DNA from: an uncultured Candidatus Saccharibacteria bacterium | GTDB lineage: Bacteria > Patescibacteriota > 4484-211 > JAGQKX01 | Assembly (NCBI GenBank): GCA_964597265.1 | Contig: CAZQWJ010000002.1 | Span: forward strand, 12,250-74,882 | Direction of reading: 5' to 3' | DNA length: 62,633 nt | Part shown: positions 9,536 through 19,898 of the stretch, in pieces | Numbering within the stretch: position 1 is the first letter of the stretch | How the letters are laid out: each line of letters starts with the position of its first letter | Translations under genes and position numbers: made by a program | Notes under the pieces: model-generated | The model's database searches: none | Seen by the model: only the letters and a program-made list of their open reading frames with translations | What the model was told of the DNA's origin: nothing

Positions 9536-9649
9536 TTATCCTTGACGTTGCTTGTGTCGAGGGTCACTGCATATGACCCGCACTATGCCGCGTCTCTTTA
9601 TAATTTTACATTTTGAGCATCTTTTTTTTACACTTGCAGTAACTTTCAT
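9536..9649 (-). CDS. rpmJ: 50S ribosomal protein L36 (zinc-binding form)
   Basis: Absent from the ORF track because it is under 60 aa. Hand translation gives [37 protein letters not shown] with a C-x2-C-x12-C-x4-H motif. Canonical slot between infA and rpsM. Confidence 0.9.
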   Translation of the reverse strand: MKVTASVKKRCSKCKIIKRRGIVRVICSDPRHKQRQG

Positions 9650-9743
9650 AGTTTTGCCCTCTTCAGACAGCGTATTTCCCCGAGGTTTATTCGGAGCAAG
9701 AGTACCTTCCGCCTTCTAAAAAGGAAATCGTATCGAGGTTAGT

Positions 9744-9983
9744 CTACTTAAAACGGTAGACAATCCGACCTTTATCAGGATACTTAGGATCAAGTTCTAC
9801 TCTCACTCGGTCTCCTGGCAAAATTCGGATCGAATATCGTCGCATCTTACCTCGCAAATAGGTCAATATAACCTGCCCTGGCTTCTCAGAACCCTCCTCT
9901 CGGTCTAGCTGCACCCTAAACTCCAGGTTTGGCAGCGTTTCAATTACTTCTCCCTCTACAGTAACAAACTCTTGCTTAGCCAT
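9744..9983 (-). CDS. infA: Translation initiation factor IF-1
   Basis: Start set to the ATG at 9983 (MAKQEF...); the ORF-track start 9989 is GTG. S1-like fold blocks GKMRRYSIRILPGDRV and KGRIVYR. About 7-aa insertion (REEGSEKPGQ) relative to the typical IF-1 I recall. Confidence 0.9.
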   Translation of the reverse strand: MAKQEFVTVEGEVIETLPNLEFRVQLDREEGSEKPGQVILTYLRGKMRRYSIRILPGDRVRVELDPKYPDKGRIVYRFK

Positions 9984-10005
9984 ATTCACTGCGCATTCTA
10001 GCAGA

Positions 10006-10740
10006 CTACTTAGTCAAAATCAATGGTTCTGACTCAGTAATTGCCACAGTGTGTTCAAACATTGCCGACAGTTTTCCGTCTTTGGTAACCGCAGTCCAGC
10101 CATCTGGCTGTATGTGCAAGGCATATGATCCTTCTGCGTACATCACTTCTACAGCCAGCGTCATGCCTGGTTGCAAAACCGGCCCGGTCTCTGGATCACC
10201 ATAACAGGGGATCTGTAAATCCTCATGCAGATTACGTCCGATACCATGACCGACAAATGCACGAATTACATTATACCCATACTGTTCGATCGTTTCTTGT
10301 ATGGCGTGGGAAATATCACCAATCCGATTGCCTGCTACACATTGTGTAAGAGCCAAATCCAGTGCCTCCCGACCTGCAGCCAAAAAACGGGCATTGTTAG
10401 TCGTGGCAACTTCTACAGTGGTCGCCGTATCTGTATGAAAGCCTTGATACAACACGCCCAAATCTACCGTTACCAAATCTCCTTCCTGGAGTACTCGTTC
10501 GGATGGAAGGCCATGCACCACCTCTTCGTTCACACATACCACAATAGAGAACGGATATCCCTGGTACCCTAAAAAAGACGCTGTAAGCTGATGAGCTGCA
10601 AAAAAGTTACTTGCCTGATTATCTAGCTCAACGGTTGTGACTCCTGGTCGAATAGCTTGAACCAACTCTCTGCGTAACTGTGAGGCATATGCTCCACCTG
10701 ATTGCATCTTCTCTATTTTTGACGCACTCTTGTTTTCCAT
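10006..10740 (-). CDS. map: Type I methionine aminopeptidase
   Basis: 244 aa with DLVTVDLG, FVGHGIGRNLHE, FEHTV metal-site blocks. Directly follows secY. Confidence 0.9.
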   Translation of the reverse strand: MENKSASKIEKMQSGGAYASQLRRELVQAIRPGVTTVELDNQASNFFAAHQLTASFLGYQGYPFSIVVCVNEEVVHGLPSERVLQEGDLVTVDLGVLYQGFHTDTATTVEVATTNNARFLAAGREALDLALTQCVAGNRIGDISHAIQETIEQYGYNVIRAFVGHGIGRNLHEDLQIPCYGDPETGPVLQPGMTLAVEVMYAEGSYALHIQPDGWTAVTKDGKLSAMFEHTVAITESEPLILTK

Positions 10741-10743
10741 CGT

Positions 10744-12036
10744 TTACTCCAGAAATTGCTCATATCCACGAGTAACCAGCATTGCCTCTAGCCGCTTGAG
10801 CATATCCATGACCACCGAAACCACAATGAGCAGGCTGGTTCCTCCGAGTGAAACAGCCGCACCAATCGCAGGAAAAAGAAATTGCATCGCAATGGGTAGA
10901 ATAGCAATAACCCCCAAAAATACCGCTCCTGCCAGTGTAATTTTGGTGAGCACTTGATTGAGATACTCTGCAGTATGTGCCCCAGGCCGAATCCCTGGTA
11001 TAAACGCAGCTTGCTTTTGTAAATTCTCCGCGATATCGTCAGGATTAAACTGTACCGCAGTATAAAAATAAGTAAAACCTATAACTAAAAGGAAATACAC
11101 GCCTGCGTACACAAACGGATTATTATATGCCCGCAAGAACCATTCCAAAGCCGATACTATGCCTGGATTCGTCACCGCAGACACAGCAAAATTCCCTATC
11201 ACTCCGGGAAGTGCCAACAGAGAGATAGCAAAAATGATCGGGATAACCCCAACTTGGTTGAGGCGAAGTGGCAAGTGTGTTGTTTGGCCACTAATGCCCC
11301 CACGTCCGCTTACCCTACGGGCATATTGGATCGGTATCTCTCGTTGAGTTTCACTCACAAAAACAATACCCCAAATGATAATTACGCTAACTGCCAGAAA
11401 AAACAACAAGCTCAGTGTATCCCCTTGCGAAACCTGACTTGCCTGTACCTGCATTATTGATACTGGGAGTCCACTCAAAATACCGCCAAAAATCAGGATC
11501 GAAATACCGTTTCCGATACCGTATTGATCAATCAGCTCCCCAAGCCAGGTTAATAACACTGCACCTGTAGTCAACGTCAAAACCATAAGTCCTAACGTCG
11601 CTGGTGAAAGATATGAAATGATCCCTTGATTACGTAAGATGAAATAGATACTCACTGACTGAACAACTGCCAATGGTAATGTTAGGAGCCTAGTGTATTG
11701 ATTTATCTTACGACGGCCGGCTTCACCCTCCTTAGATAGCTCTTTTAACGCCGGAAATGCCATGGTAAGTAACGATAGGATAATCGATGCGTTAATATAC
11801 GGGTTTAAACCCAATGCGATGATCGAAAAGTTTGATAACGCGCCTCCCGAAAATAGATTGAGGAGACCCAAGAACTGGTTACTATCGAAAAGATTCTGCA
11901 ACGCAGCCAGATCTACCCCCGGCAATGGTACATGGGCCAAAACGCGATAAATAGTAATGATCCCCAAGGTAAACAGTAATTTATTACGCACATCGTGCGC
12001 GTTCCAAACTTTGCGAAGAAGGGAAAAAATATTCAT
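10744..12036 (-). CDS. secY: Preprotein translocase subunit SecY
   Basis: 430-aa polytopic protein in the canonical position after rplO. Confidence 0.95.
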   Translation of the reverse strand: MNIFSLLRKVWNAHDVRNKLLFTLGIITIYRVLAHVPLPGVDLAALQNLFDSNQFLGLLNLFSGGALSNFSIIALGLNPYINASIILSLLTMAFPALKELSKEGEAGRRKINQYTRLLTLPLAVVQSVSIYFILRNQGIISYLSPATLGLMVLTLTTGAVLLTWLGELIDQYGIGNGISILIFGGILSGLPVSIMQVQASQVSQGDTLSLLFFLAVSVIIIWGIVFVSETQREIPIQYARRVSGRGGISGQTTHLPLRLNQVGVIPIIFAISLLALPGVIGNFAVSAVTNPGIVSALEWFLRAYNNPFVYAGVYFLLVIGFTYFYTAVQFNPDDIAENLQKQAAFIPGIRPGAHTAEYLNQVLTKITLAGAVFLGVIAILPIAMQFLFPAIGAAVSLGGTSLLIVVSVVMDMLKRLEAMLVTRGYEQFLE

Positions 12037-12038
12037 GG

Positions 12039-12476
12039 TTATTGTGCAATTACTTTACCACCGGCCTTTTCGAGCTTTTCACGGGCATTGGCAGAAAATT
12101 GCACCTCTGAGGAAAATTGTAACGCTTTTTCCAATATGCCACTAGCTACTATTTTCACTGGCATATCTTGGTCTAAGATCAGACCCTGGTTCTTGAGTAC
12201 CTCGGGAGTAATGACTACCTCCTCTGACAATATATGACACGATGCCAACTTGACGAGTTGCGGCTTGATTGATCGTTCTACACGTCTACTGCCCTTACCA
12301 CGCAAAAATGGGTACCGCTTGAATCGCTGCAATCGGTTTCTACCAAGCTGGGTCCGGACCTTCTGGCCTTTGATACCAACCCCAGCGGTTTTTCCTTTGG
12401 TACTGCCTAATCCACGACCTTTTCGGCGATTGGGTTTGTTTGCCCCTTTTAGTTTTGGTAGTTCATGTAATTTCAT
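12039..12476 (-). CDS. rplO: 50S ribosomal protein L15
   Basis: 145 aa with [22 protein letters not shown]. Only 5 nt separate it from rpsE. Confidence 0.95.
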   Translation of the reverse strand: MKLHELPKLKGANKPNRRKGRGLGSTKGKTAGVGIKGQKVRTQLGRNRLQRFKRYPFLRGKGSRRVERSIKPQLVKLASCHILSEEVVITPEVLKNQGLILDQDMPVKIVASGILEKALQFSSEVQFSANAREKLEKAGGKVIAQ

Positions 12477-12481
12477 ATAGG

Positions 12482-13045
12482 TTATGCTTTTGTACTTGTT
12501 TTCTTTTTGGTTCCAGCGGAAGCTGTCATCTGTCTCTTCTTAGATATCAGATTCACTTTTCGCTCTCCAGGGGCTTTTAATCCTTTTAGTGCCTGTAAGG
12601 TGGCCTGGATATTACTTTTGGGGTTGTCTGTACCTATGATTTTGCCGACTACGTTTCGGATACCTGCTGCTTCAGCAACGGTTCTAATTGCACCACCAGC
12701 CAATACGCCAGTCCCAGTGGGAGCTGGTTTGAGTAGGACCTCTGCGCCTTTGTACTTCACGCGAATATCGTGGCTTATGGTCTTTGCGTCGCCAAGTAAG
12801 GGCACATCAAACATTTGCTTTTTTGCACGGCGAACTCCCTTGCGGATGGCTGATGCCACATCTCGCGCCTTGCCTACACCCACACCCAGTCTGCCATTTT
12901 GATCACCGACCACCATCAGTGCAGTAAATCGGAATCTGTTACCACCCTGAGTTTTTTTGGAAGTCCTCTTGAGTTCTACGAGTTTTTCGACTAACTCAAC
13001 GGTCTCTTCGTTATGTAATTGTTCTGTGTCAATTCGTTTTGCCAT
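12482..13045 (-). CDS. rpsE: 30S ribosomal protein S5 (with a Lys-rich C-terminal tail)
   Basis: 187 aa with RFRFTALMVVGDQNGRLGVGVGKA and GTGVLAGGAIR. Confidence 0.95.
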   Translation of the reverse strand: MAKRIDTEQLHNEETVELVEKLVELKRTSKKTQGGNRFRFTALMVVGDQNGRLGVGVGKARDVASAIRKGVRRAKKQMFDVPLLGDAKTISHDIRVKYKGAEVLLKPAPTGTGVLAGGAIRTVAEAAGIRNVVGKIIGTDNPKSNIQATLQALKGLKAPGERKVNLISKKRQMTASAGTKKKTSTKA

Positions 13046-13055
13046 ATGTTAACTA

Positions 13056-13418
13056 TTAAAATAGTATTCCACTACTCCGTAAACCATCAGCCAAAGCTTT
13101 AACCCGACCGTGATACCGATATCCGGCACGATCAAAGACAACTTGCGTAATATTTTTCTCTTGCAACTGCTTGCCTAGATACTCACCAGCACGTAGGGCA
13201 ATCTCTGATTTTGTTCCTGTACTGTCAACCACGTTATCAGCTACAGAAGCGATTGTGTGTCCTCGCGTGTCATCAATTGCCTGTGCATAAATATGTGTCA
13301 ACGATCGAAATACACATATCCGCGGTCTGTCTGCTGTGCCACTGAGAGAACTTCTGATACCTTTCTGGCGACGTTTCCTTTTTTGTTCTTTTGGCGACCC
13401 TTTGTATGTTCTTATCAT
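13056..13418 (-). CDS. rplR: 50S ribosomal protein L18
   Basis: 120 aa with RPRICVFRSLTHIYAQ and YRYHGRVKALAD. Confidence 0.95.
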   Translation of the reverse strand: MIRTYKGSPKEQKRKRRQKGIRSSLSGTADRPRICVFRSLTHIYAQAIDDTRGHTIASVADNVVDSTGTKSEIALRAGEYLGKQLQEKNITQVVFDRAGYRYHGRVKALADGLRSSGILF

Positions 13419-13432
13419 ATGTTTGTGAAGGA

Positions 13433-13972
13433 TTAACCAGCCTTACCGGTTTTTCCTGCCTTTCTTCGAATTACTTCGTCAACATACTTGATACCTTTTC
13501 CTTTGTAGGGCTCTGGGCGGCGATAGCCACGAATTTCCGCTGCTACCTGGCCTACTTGCTGTTTGTCCCAACCGGAAACCGTAATCACCGCTCCGTCTAC
13601 ACTCAACGAAATACCTTGCGGGGGAGTATACACAATAGGATGCGAAAACCCAAGTTGCATCTCTACGGCATTTCCTTTCATAGCAGCTCGATATCCCACA
13701 CCCACCAATTCAAGTTGCTTAGAAAACCCTTCATTGACTCCGGTGACGGCATTTGCCAACACACTTCTCCACAAGCCCCACAACGCCTGTGCGTGGCGTA
13801 CGGGAGATTCTTTATGAACAAGAAGCGTATCATCTTTTTTGTCCACTGACAGCTCGCGTGGCAAAAGATAGCTTACCTCCCCCTTGGACCCTTTGATATC
13901 AATCTTTCGCTTATCCAAGGTTATTTCTACTGTAGGTGGTATGTGTATTGGTTTCTGGCCTATCTTTGACAT
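13433..13972 (-). CDS. rplF: 50S ribosomal protein L6
   Basis: 179 aa with MSKIGQKPI and EPYKGKGI. Confidence 0.95.
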   Translation of the reverse strand: MSKIGQKPIHIPPTVEITLDKRKIDIKGSKGEVSYLLPRELSVDKKDDTLLVHKESPVRHAQALWGLWRSVLANAVTGVNEGFSKQLELVGVGYRAAMKGNAVEMQLGFSHPIVYTPPQGISLSVDGAVITVSGWDKQQVGQVAAEIRGYRRPEPYKGKGIKYVDEVIRRKAGKTGKAG

Positions 13973-13984
13973 AGTGTTTGAGTG

Positions 13985-14386
13985 TTACCAAATTTCTGCT
14001 AACACCTCTCCTCCTATTTTTTTCTTACGAGCTTCTTCTCCAACCATGACACCCTCTGGGGTACTTACCAGGAGTACTCCATACCCGCCACGTACCTGCT
14101 TCAACGCCTTGTACGGACGGTATACTCTGCGACCCGGGCTAGAAACCTGCTTTACACCACTCATCGCTGGTTGATCTTCCACACCATACCGAAGGTAGAT
14201 TGTAAGTACCTTCTTGTTGTCCACCTCTTTGACTTTCACATCATCCACAAACTCGAATTGGTGCAACACTTTGGCCACAGACTCCTTGAATGCAGAGTAC
14301 GGCATAGTCACTTCCAATTTGGAAGCCAAGTAGCCATTTTTTATTCGTATGAGCATATCTCCGATTGGATCTCCTATCATTACCAT
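13985..14386 (-). CDS. rpsH: 30S ribosomal protein S8
   Basis: The ORF-track N-terminus is over-extended. Start taken at ATGGTAATG (14386, or alternatively 14380), overlapping the rpsN stop. [13 protein letters not shown] block. Confidence 0.9.
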   Translation of the reverse strand: MVMIGDPIGDMLIRIKNGYLASKLEVTMPYSAFKESVAKVLHQFEFVDDVKVKEVDNKKVLTIYLRYGVEDQPAMSGVKQVSSPGRRVYRPYKALKQVRGGYGVLLVSTPEGVMVGEEARKKKIGGEVLAEIW

Positions 14387-14562
14387 GATGCTTTTTGGAC
14401 TCCAGGAATTTCGCCTTTTAAGGCAAATTCTCTGAAGCATTTACGACACATACCGAATTTCCGTAAGAAACTCCTTCCATGACCACACACTCGGCAACGG
14501 TTTACTTGCTGAACGTCATGTTTTTTATATTGGTTTCGTTGTTTAGTCGATTTCTTTGGCAT
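14380..14562 (-). CDS. rpsN: 30S ribosomal protein S14, short zinc-binding (type Z) form
   Basis: 60 aa with [20 protein letters not shown] (C-x2-C ... C-x2-C). Confidence 0.95.
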   Translation of the reverse strand: MPKKSTKQRNQYKKHDVQQVNRCRVCGHGRSFLRKFGMCRKCFREFALKGEIPGVQKASW

Positions 14563-14566
14563 ATAG

Positions 14567-15121
14567 TTATTCTTCCTTTTTTTCTAATGGCAGACCCATT
14601 GCCACAAGCAAGGCTTTCCCTTCTTCGTCCGAACGAGCACTTGTTACCATAACAATCTGCAACCCTCGTCGACGATCCACCGTGTTTGGGTCAATTTCCG
14701 GAAAAACCAACTGATCATCCAATCCAATCGAATAATTCCCCGCTCCATCAAAACTCGACGTTGGGAGACCTTGAAAATCCCGCGTGCGTGGCAGAATGAC
14801 TGTGAACAGTTTGTCCACAAATTCATACATTCGATCACCGCGCAGGGTTACTTTGGTCCCGATAGGATAATTTCTTGACAAACCAAATCCGGCAATAGCC
14901 TTACGCGAATGTGTAATTACTGCCTTCTGGCCGGCAATGTTGGTCAAATCATCCTGAGCACGCTCGATGTCCGCCTTGTTTTTGGTCGCCGTACCTACTC
15001 CCATGTTCAGGACGACTTTTTCCAGACGGGGCACTGCGTGCTGGTTATTATACCCTAACTCTTTTATGAGTTGTGGAACGACTTCTTTGGTAAATTTTTC
15101 TTGTAATCTCTTTTTTGCCAT
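14567..15121 (-). CDS. rplE: 50S ribosomal protein L5
   Basis: Start set to Met-25 of the ORF ([10 protein letters not shown]...), 5 nt after the rplX stop. Confidence 0.9.
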   Translation of the reverse strand: MAKKRLQEKFTKEVVPQLIKELGYNNQHAVPRLEKVVLNMGVGTATKNKADIERAQDDLTNIAGQKAVITHSRKAIAGFGLSRNYPIGTKVTLRGDRMYEFVDKLFTVILPRTRDFQGLPTSSFDGAGNYSIGLDDQLVFPEIDPNTVDRRRGLQIVMVTSARSDEEGKALLVAMGLPLEKKEE

Positions 15122-15125
15122 ACGG

Positions 15126-15434
15126 TTAATCAAGTGTTTTGTAGCACTTTTTACACACTCGTTTTTTGTCTTTTCCTGTGCCGTTGTACCCAATACGGGT
15201 GGGTAACTTGCATTTGGAACAGACTACCTTGACGTTGCTTACATGAAGGGGAGCAGGTTTTTCTACAATGCCGCTTTCCTGCCCAGAACGAATGGCTTTT
15301 TTGTGTCGTTTGACAATGTTTGCCCCTTCGACGACTACTCGCTCATCATGTGGAAACACATGCAAGATACGACCGGTCACGCCTGCTTGCTTACCAGAAA
15401 TAATTTGTACAGTATCTCCTGTCTTTACTTTCAT
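15126..15434 (-). CDS. rplX: 50S ribosomal protein L24 with a C-terminal C-x2-C ... C-x2-C motif
   Basis: 102 aa with KOW block KTGDTVQIISGKQAG and tail CSKCKLPTRIGYNGTGKDKKRVCKKC. Confidence 0.95.
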   Translation of the reverse strand: MKVKTGDTVQIISGKQAGVTGRILHVFPHDERVVVEGANIVKRHKKAIRSGQESGIVEKPAPLHVSNVKVVCSKCKLPTRIGYNGTGKDKKRVCKKCYKTLD

Positions 15435-15436
15435 AG

Positions 15437-15805
15437 TTACAAAACCTCCTTGGCAAAAGAGGCCACCTTATTAAAACCTCGATCCTTGACTTCTTTTGCA
15501 ATAGGGCCAAAAACCCGCGTTCCCACTGGCTGTTTGTTCTTGTCAACCAAAACCACCGCATTGTCATCAAAGCGGATGTATGTGCCATCTTTCCGACGTT
15601 GCTCTTTTCGTGTCCGTACAATGACCGCCTGTGCAATCTGATGGTCTTTGATAGCACCGTGCGGAATTGCACCCTTTACCGAAACAGAAATAGTATCACC
15701 GACATACGCATACTTTTTCTTTGATTCCCCCGGAATGGAGATGCACTTCACCCGCTTAGCACCTGAATTGTCTGCTACATCTAGTAGCGTACTTACTTGG
15801 ATCAT
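15437..15805 (-). CDS. rplN: 50S ribosomal protein L14
   Basis: 122 aa with [17 protein letters not shown]. Confidence 0.95.
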   Translation of the reverse strand: MIQVSTLLDVADNSGAKRVKCISIPGESKKKYAYVGDTISVSVKGAIPHGAIKDHQIAQAVIVRTRKEQRRKDGTYIRFDDNAVVLVDKNKQPVGTRVFGPIAKEVKDRGFNKVASFAKEVL

Positions 15806-16035
15806 AATATTTCTAATAACTGCCAGCGTTTCTGCTTGGACAGTGGGCGTACTTCCTGGATAATGACAGTATCACCTTCCTGCGCTTTGTTTTCCGGATC
15901 ATGCGCATAAAACTTCTTACTTCGTACAAAACGTTTCTCATACACTGGATGGGTTTGTATTGCATTTACCCGAACTACAATCGTTTTATCCATTTTGTTT
16001 GATACAACAATACCTTGTACTTGTTTTCTTAGCAT
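15802..16035 (-). CDS. rpsQ: 30S ribosomal protein S17
   Basis: 77 aa with [12 protein letters not shown]; 4-nt overlap with rplN. Confidence 0.95.
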   Translation of the reverse strand: MLRKQVQGIVVSNKMDKTIVVRVNAIQTHPVYEKRFVRSKKFYAHDPENKAQEGDTVIIQEVRPLSKQKRWQLLEIL

Positions 16036-16038
16036 AAT

Positions 16039-16266
16039 TTAGTCTGTCACTGCTTCTGTTTGTTCACGAACAGAAGTAGTGCGCAATATGGTCATGATAC
16101 GTGCAATGCGCTGCTTAAACTGTTTAGCTTTACGCACATTACTTTCCTGGCCTGCTTTTGCTTTCAACATAAGTTCAGCCAATTCCTTCTTTTCACTAGC
16201 CAATAGCGTTTCCAGTTCTCCTTCAGTCTTCGCTTGTAAGTCTTCCAAAAATTTTTTTCTTTTCAT
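16039..16266 (-). CDS. rpmC: 50S ribosomal protein L29
   Basis: 75-aa helical protein in the canonical slot between rplP and rpsQ. Confidence 0.9.
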   Translation of the reverse strand: MKRKKFLEDLQAKTEGELETLLASEKKELAELMLKAKAGQESNVRKAKQFKQRIARIMTILRTTSVREQTEAVTD

Positions 16267-16267
16267 G

Positions 16268-16678
16268 TTATGCTTCCTTCTTCATAAAGGCAGTACGTAA
16301 TGACAGCTTATGCCCTGCTAATCGAAACGCCTCTCTAGCTACCTCCTCAGGCAAACCAGAAAGCTCAAATAGTACCTGCCCCGGTCTAATTACCGCCTCG
16401 TAGTGGTCTAATGGTCCTTTGCCACTGCCCATACGGCCTTCACCACCTTTACTAGTTACCGGTCTATGCGGAAAAATGCGTATCCACAGTTTGCCACCAC
16501 GTCGAGCATAGTTTCTAATAGCTCGTCGAGCTGCCTCTATTTGCCTGCTGGAAACACTCCCTCGCTCTTGTGCCTGTAACGCAAATTCTCCAAAAGAAAT
16601 CTCACTACCCCGCAGGCCTTTGCCATAATTTTTACCGGTAAAAACGCGTCTAAATTTTAATTTCTTTGGTTCCAACAT
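16268..16678 (-). CDS. rplP: 50S ribosomal protein L16
   Basis: 136 aa with [11 protein letters not shown] and [10 protein letters not shown]. Confidence 0.95.
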   Translation of the reverse strand: MLEPKKLKFRRVFTGKNYGKGLRGSEISFGEFALQAQERGSVSSRQIEAARRAIRNYARRGGKLWIRIFPHRPVTSKGGEGRMGSGKGPLDHYEAVIRPGQVLFELSGLPEEVAREAFRLAGHKLSLRTAFMKKEA

Positions 16679-16690
16679 ATATTGTTATCC

Positions 16691-17314
16691 TTATTTACCT
16701 TCCGGTTTATATATCCACACTTTCACTCCTATCGTACCCTTGTTGGTATGTGCAACCTCTTGTGCGTAATCGATATGTGCCTGTATGGTTGAGGTTGGAA
16801 CAGATCCCAACACCTTCTTCTCGGTACGAGCGATAGTATCACCACCCAACCGTCCGCTCAAGTGGACTTTTATTCCGGTAGCTCCGGCGTCCATGGCTTT
16901 TTGCATTGCATTGAGCAGAACTTTTTTGAATGGAAGGCGGCGCTCCAAGCGTTGCGCAATATCCTGCGCTACGATCTGGGCAGAGAGATCAAATTTTTGC
17001 ACCTCAAACACATTAAGGTTCATCTTACCTGCAGTAATTGCTTGCAGTCCTTCTTTTATCGCCTCTACACGACTGCCACCTCGACCGATCACCATACCAG
17101 GCTTGCCTACATGCACATCAACTTCCACTTTGTTAATACTGCGTTTGATAATCACCCTATCTAAAGCAGCTTGCCGTAACTGGTCTTTTAGATATTTACG
17201 GATCTTGATATCTTCATGTAGCAAGTCAACATAGTTACGATCATCATGCCAAATTGATTTCCAATCTTTGTTGACGTTGATTCTATAGCCGGTTGGATTG
17301 ATACTTTGTCCCAT
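16691..17314 (-). CDS. rpsC: 30S ribosomal protein S3
   Basis: 207 aa with MGQSINPTGYR and KH block GMVIGRGG. Confidence 0.95.
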   Translation of the reverse strand: MGQSINPTGYRINVNKDWKSIWHDDRNYVDLLHEDIKIRKYLKDQLRQAALDRVIIKRSINKVEVDVHVGKPGMVIGRGGSRVEAIKEGLQAITAGKMNLNVFEVQKFDLSAQIVAQDIAQRLERRLPFKKVLLNAMQKAMDAGATGIKVHLSGRLGGDTIARTEKKVLGSVPTSTIQAHIDYAQEVAHTNKGTIGVKVWIYKPEGK

Positions 17315-17331
17315 AATTTTGTACCTAAGCG

Positions 17332-17691
17332 TTATGTACGCTTAGAGTCTGATACGTCTGTTTTGGCTTCCAAAACAACCCGAATGATGCTACTGCGGCT
17401 TTTTCTCCAATTAAACCGTCCCCGTGCCTTAAACTCCGGCCAACGACGCATCATTGCCTGTCCGACCTGAATCTCCTTGATCTTCAACTGATCAGTGGAC
17501 AGGTTTTTGTTGTGGGACGCGTTGGCCACGGCAGATTGTAACACTTTATACAATGGCCGAGCTGCCTTGCGTTGTACATGGGATAATGCCCCTAATGCCT
17601 CATCTACTGATAGACGCGACACTTGTTGTGCCACAGCGCGGATTTTCTTTGGCGACTGTTGTATATTTCGTGCTACAGCGATAATTTCCAT
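17332..17691 (-). CDS. rplV: 50S ribosomal protein L22
   Basis: 119 aa with SPKKIRAV and KARGRFNWRKSRSSIIRVVL. Confidence 0.95.
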   Translation of the reverse strand: MEIIAVARNIQQSPKKIRAVAQQVSRLSVDEALGALSHVQRKAARPLYKVLQSAVANASHNKNLSTDQLKIKEIQVGQAMMRRWPEFKARGRFNWRKSRSSIIRVVLEAKTDVSDSKRT

Positions 17692-17708
17692 ATATTCAAT
17701 GTACTGGT

Positions 17709-17999
17709 TTACTCATCAGAACCAGTAGGTTTTTGTACTCCTTTCTTACTATGCGCAAGAAACTTGCGGGTCTTGGCAAATTCTCCCAACTTGTGTCCAA
17801 CCATACTCTCGTGGATGTATACTTCCTTGAAACCATTACCATAGTGTATTGCCAACGTATGCCCCACCATAGCAGGACTAATCGAGCTTCCCCGTGCCCA
17901 CGTCTTGATGACCTCTTTTTTGCCAGTGTCATTCATCCGTTCTATTTTTTGTAGTAATTTTTCGTCCACGTATGGACCTTTCTTAGTGCTTCGTGCCAT
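17709..17999 (-). CDS. rpsS: 30S ribosomal protein S19
   Basis: 96 aa with [20 protein letters not shown]. Confidence 0.95.
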   Translation of the reverse strand: MARSTKKGPYVDEKLLQKIERMNDTGKKEVIKTWARGSSISPAMVGHTLAIHYGNGFKEVYIHESMVGHKLGEFAKTRKFLAHSKKGVQKPTGSDE

Positions 18000-18004
18000 A
18001 GTTG

Positions 18005-18856
18005 TTACCGTCGTTTCTTCCGTCGATCCTGAAGAATAAGACGATTAGACTGCCTTTTTGGCTTTCTTGTTTTCTTACCATACGCTGGTTTTCCATACAC
18101 TGTCTTTGCTGGACGACCCGTCCCTGTACGGCCTTCTCCTCCTCCATGCGGGTGTACACCTGCAGGCATGGCCGTTCCTCGAACCGTAGGTCGAATACCC
18201 AAATGGCGCTTTCGTCCAGCTTTGCCCAATTTTATGACATTGTGTCCAGGGTTACCTACAGTCCCAACCGTAGCCCAGCAATTTTCAGAAACCAAACGTA
18301 TTTCACCAGACGCCATCTTTAGCTGTATAAAACCTCGATCTCTGGCCATCAACGTAGCTCCAAGGCCCGCAGAGCGCACAATTTGGCCGCCTTTGCCAGG
18401 TGTCAGTTCGATATTATGCACAACGGTACCAACTGGTAATTTCTTAAGAGGAGCAGCGTTACCCGGGTTTACTGGTACTTTCTCAGCGGCAATTACTTTA
18501 TCTCCAATACTGAGACCATTCGGATGCAATATATAGCCACGTTCGCCATCCTCATACTCCAAAAGAGCAAGATGTGCAGAACGGTTGGGGTCATATTCTA
18601 TTGCGACTACCTTTGCCCACACATCCCTCTTGCTACGCTTAAAGTCGACTAATCGATACTGTCGTTTGTGTCCACCACCACGATGACGTACAGTGATTTT
18701 ACCACGACTTCTTCCCGCTTTTTTGCGTAGTGGCTGGGTTAAGCTCTTTTCCGGACGTTTTTTGGTTAACAAGTCCTTTGTCGTCAACACAGTCTTGTGC
18801 CGTACTCCAGCAGAGGTGGGCTTAAATGTTTTGATTTTTACATTATTACTTTGCAT
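18005..18856 (-). CDS. rplB: 50S ribosomal protein L2
   Basis: 283 aa with [18 protein letters not shown] and [13 protein letters not shown]. Confidence 0.95.
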   Translation of the reverse strand: MQSNNVKIKTFKPTSAGVRHKTVLTTKDLLTKKRPEKSLTQPLRKKAGRSRGKITVRHRGGGHKRQYRLVDFKRSKRDVWAKVVAIEYDPNRSAHLALLEYEDGERGYILHPNGLSIGDKVIAAEKVPVNPGNAAPLKKLPVGTVVHNIELTPGKGGQIVRSAGLGATLMARDRGFIQLKMASGEIRLVSENCWATVGTVGNPGHNVIKLGKAGRKRHLGIRPTVRGTAMPAGVHPHGGGEGRTGTGRPAKTVYGKPAYGKKTRKPKRQSNRLILQDRRKKRR

Positions 18857-18858
18857 AA

Positions 18859-19260
18859 TTATTCCTCCTTAGCGGCATTTGCCTGGGCTTTAGTTTTTTT
18901 GCTTTTGGTCTTTGGCTGCTTTGTTTGCTCCTTGGTAGATTCCTCTTGCGGTGCCTCAACTTTTGATGCATCGAATTCGGAAAACAGTCCTATTGATTGT
19001 TTGGGATCTATCGTCACAATCGCAATTTTTCGCATTGCGGTAATCGTAGTCTTGCGGGACCGCAACAATCGCTTTTGCTGACCTTTCCGAATCATCATCT
19101 TCACCTTAAATACATTTACATCAAACAATTGCGCCACAGCCTCGGCTACTTGCACTTTGTTGGCGTCTTTGTGTACTTCAAACGAGTACTGATTCTGCCC
19201 AACTCGCTGTAATGATTTCTCCGTTATTAAAGGCTTTTTTATAATGTGTTGTATATTCAT
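18859..19260 (-). CDS. rplW: 50S ribosomal protein L23 with a roughly 40-aa Lys/Glu-rich C-terminal extension
   Basis: 133 aa with ITEKS and YSFEVHKDANK blocks, in the canonical slot. Confidence 0.9.
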   Translation of the reverse strand: MNIQHIIKKPLITEKSLQRVGQNQYSFEVHKDANKVQVAEAVAQLFDVNVFKVKMMIRKGQQKRLLRSRKTTITAMRKIAIVTIDPKQSIGLFSEFDASKVEAPQEESTKEQTKQPKTKSKKTKAQANAAKEE

Positions 19261-19264
19261 ATAC

Positions 19265-19897
19265 TTACTCCTTGGACACGAAGGTATTTTCCAGTACCGA
19301 CAAACTATCCTCGGTCAAAATAACGATGTCACAACTAAAAATATTGTACGGATGCAGCAGGCGAGCTTCTATGACGTTTACATTAGGAACGTTTTTCAAA
19401 GCGGTTTCCAATGTCTTGTTCTTGTCAGATGTAACGAGGAGAATCTTTTTTTCGCCACCCAAACGATTAAGTACCTCAACGGCCGCTTTGGCTTTGGGCT
19501 GATCCAATGTAAAATCCGACAGCACCCTGATACCGTCCTGCTGCAACTTGCTGGTAAGAGACGAAAACAGTGCTCGACGGCGCATCTTTTGCGGCAGGGC
19601 CAATGCTTTTTGCACCGGCAAGAGAGCATGTACATGACCTCCACCAACCCAAATAGGCGAACGACTACTGCCATGACGTGCGCGTCCAGTACCTTTCTGA
19701 CGCCAAGGCTTGCGACCACCACCGCGGACTTCCCCTCTTCCTTTGGTCTTGCGCGTACCGAGCCACGCATTATGCAATCGGACCCGAATTGCCTGCGCCA
19801 TCAAATCTGTATTGACCGTGGCCTCAAACAGTGTTGGGTTGAGATCTATTTCCTTTACGTGGTTACCTTGTGTATCTACAACTGCAATCTTTGGCAT
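19265..19897 (-). CDS. rplD: 50S ribosomal protein L4
   Basis: 210 aa with GGGRKPWRQKGTGRARHGS. Confidence 0.95.
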   Translation of the reverse strand: MPKIAVVDTQGNHVKEIDLNPTLFEATVNTDLMAQAIRVRLHNAWLGTRKTKGRGEVRGGGRKPWRQKGTGRARHGSSRSPIWVGGGHVHALLPVQKALALPQKMRRRALFSSLTSKLQQDGIRVLSDFTLDQPKAKAAVEVLNRLGGEKKILLVTSDKNKTLETALKNVPNVNVIEARLLHPYNIFSCDIVILTEDSLSVLENTFVSKE

Positions 19898-19898
19898 A

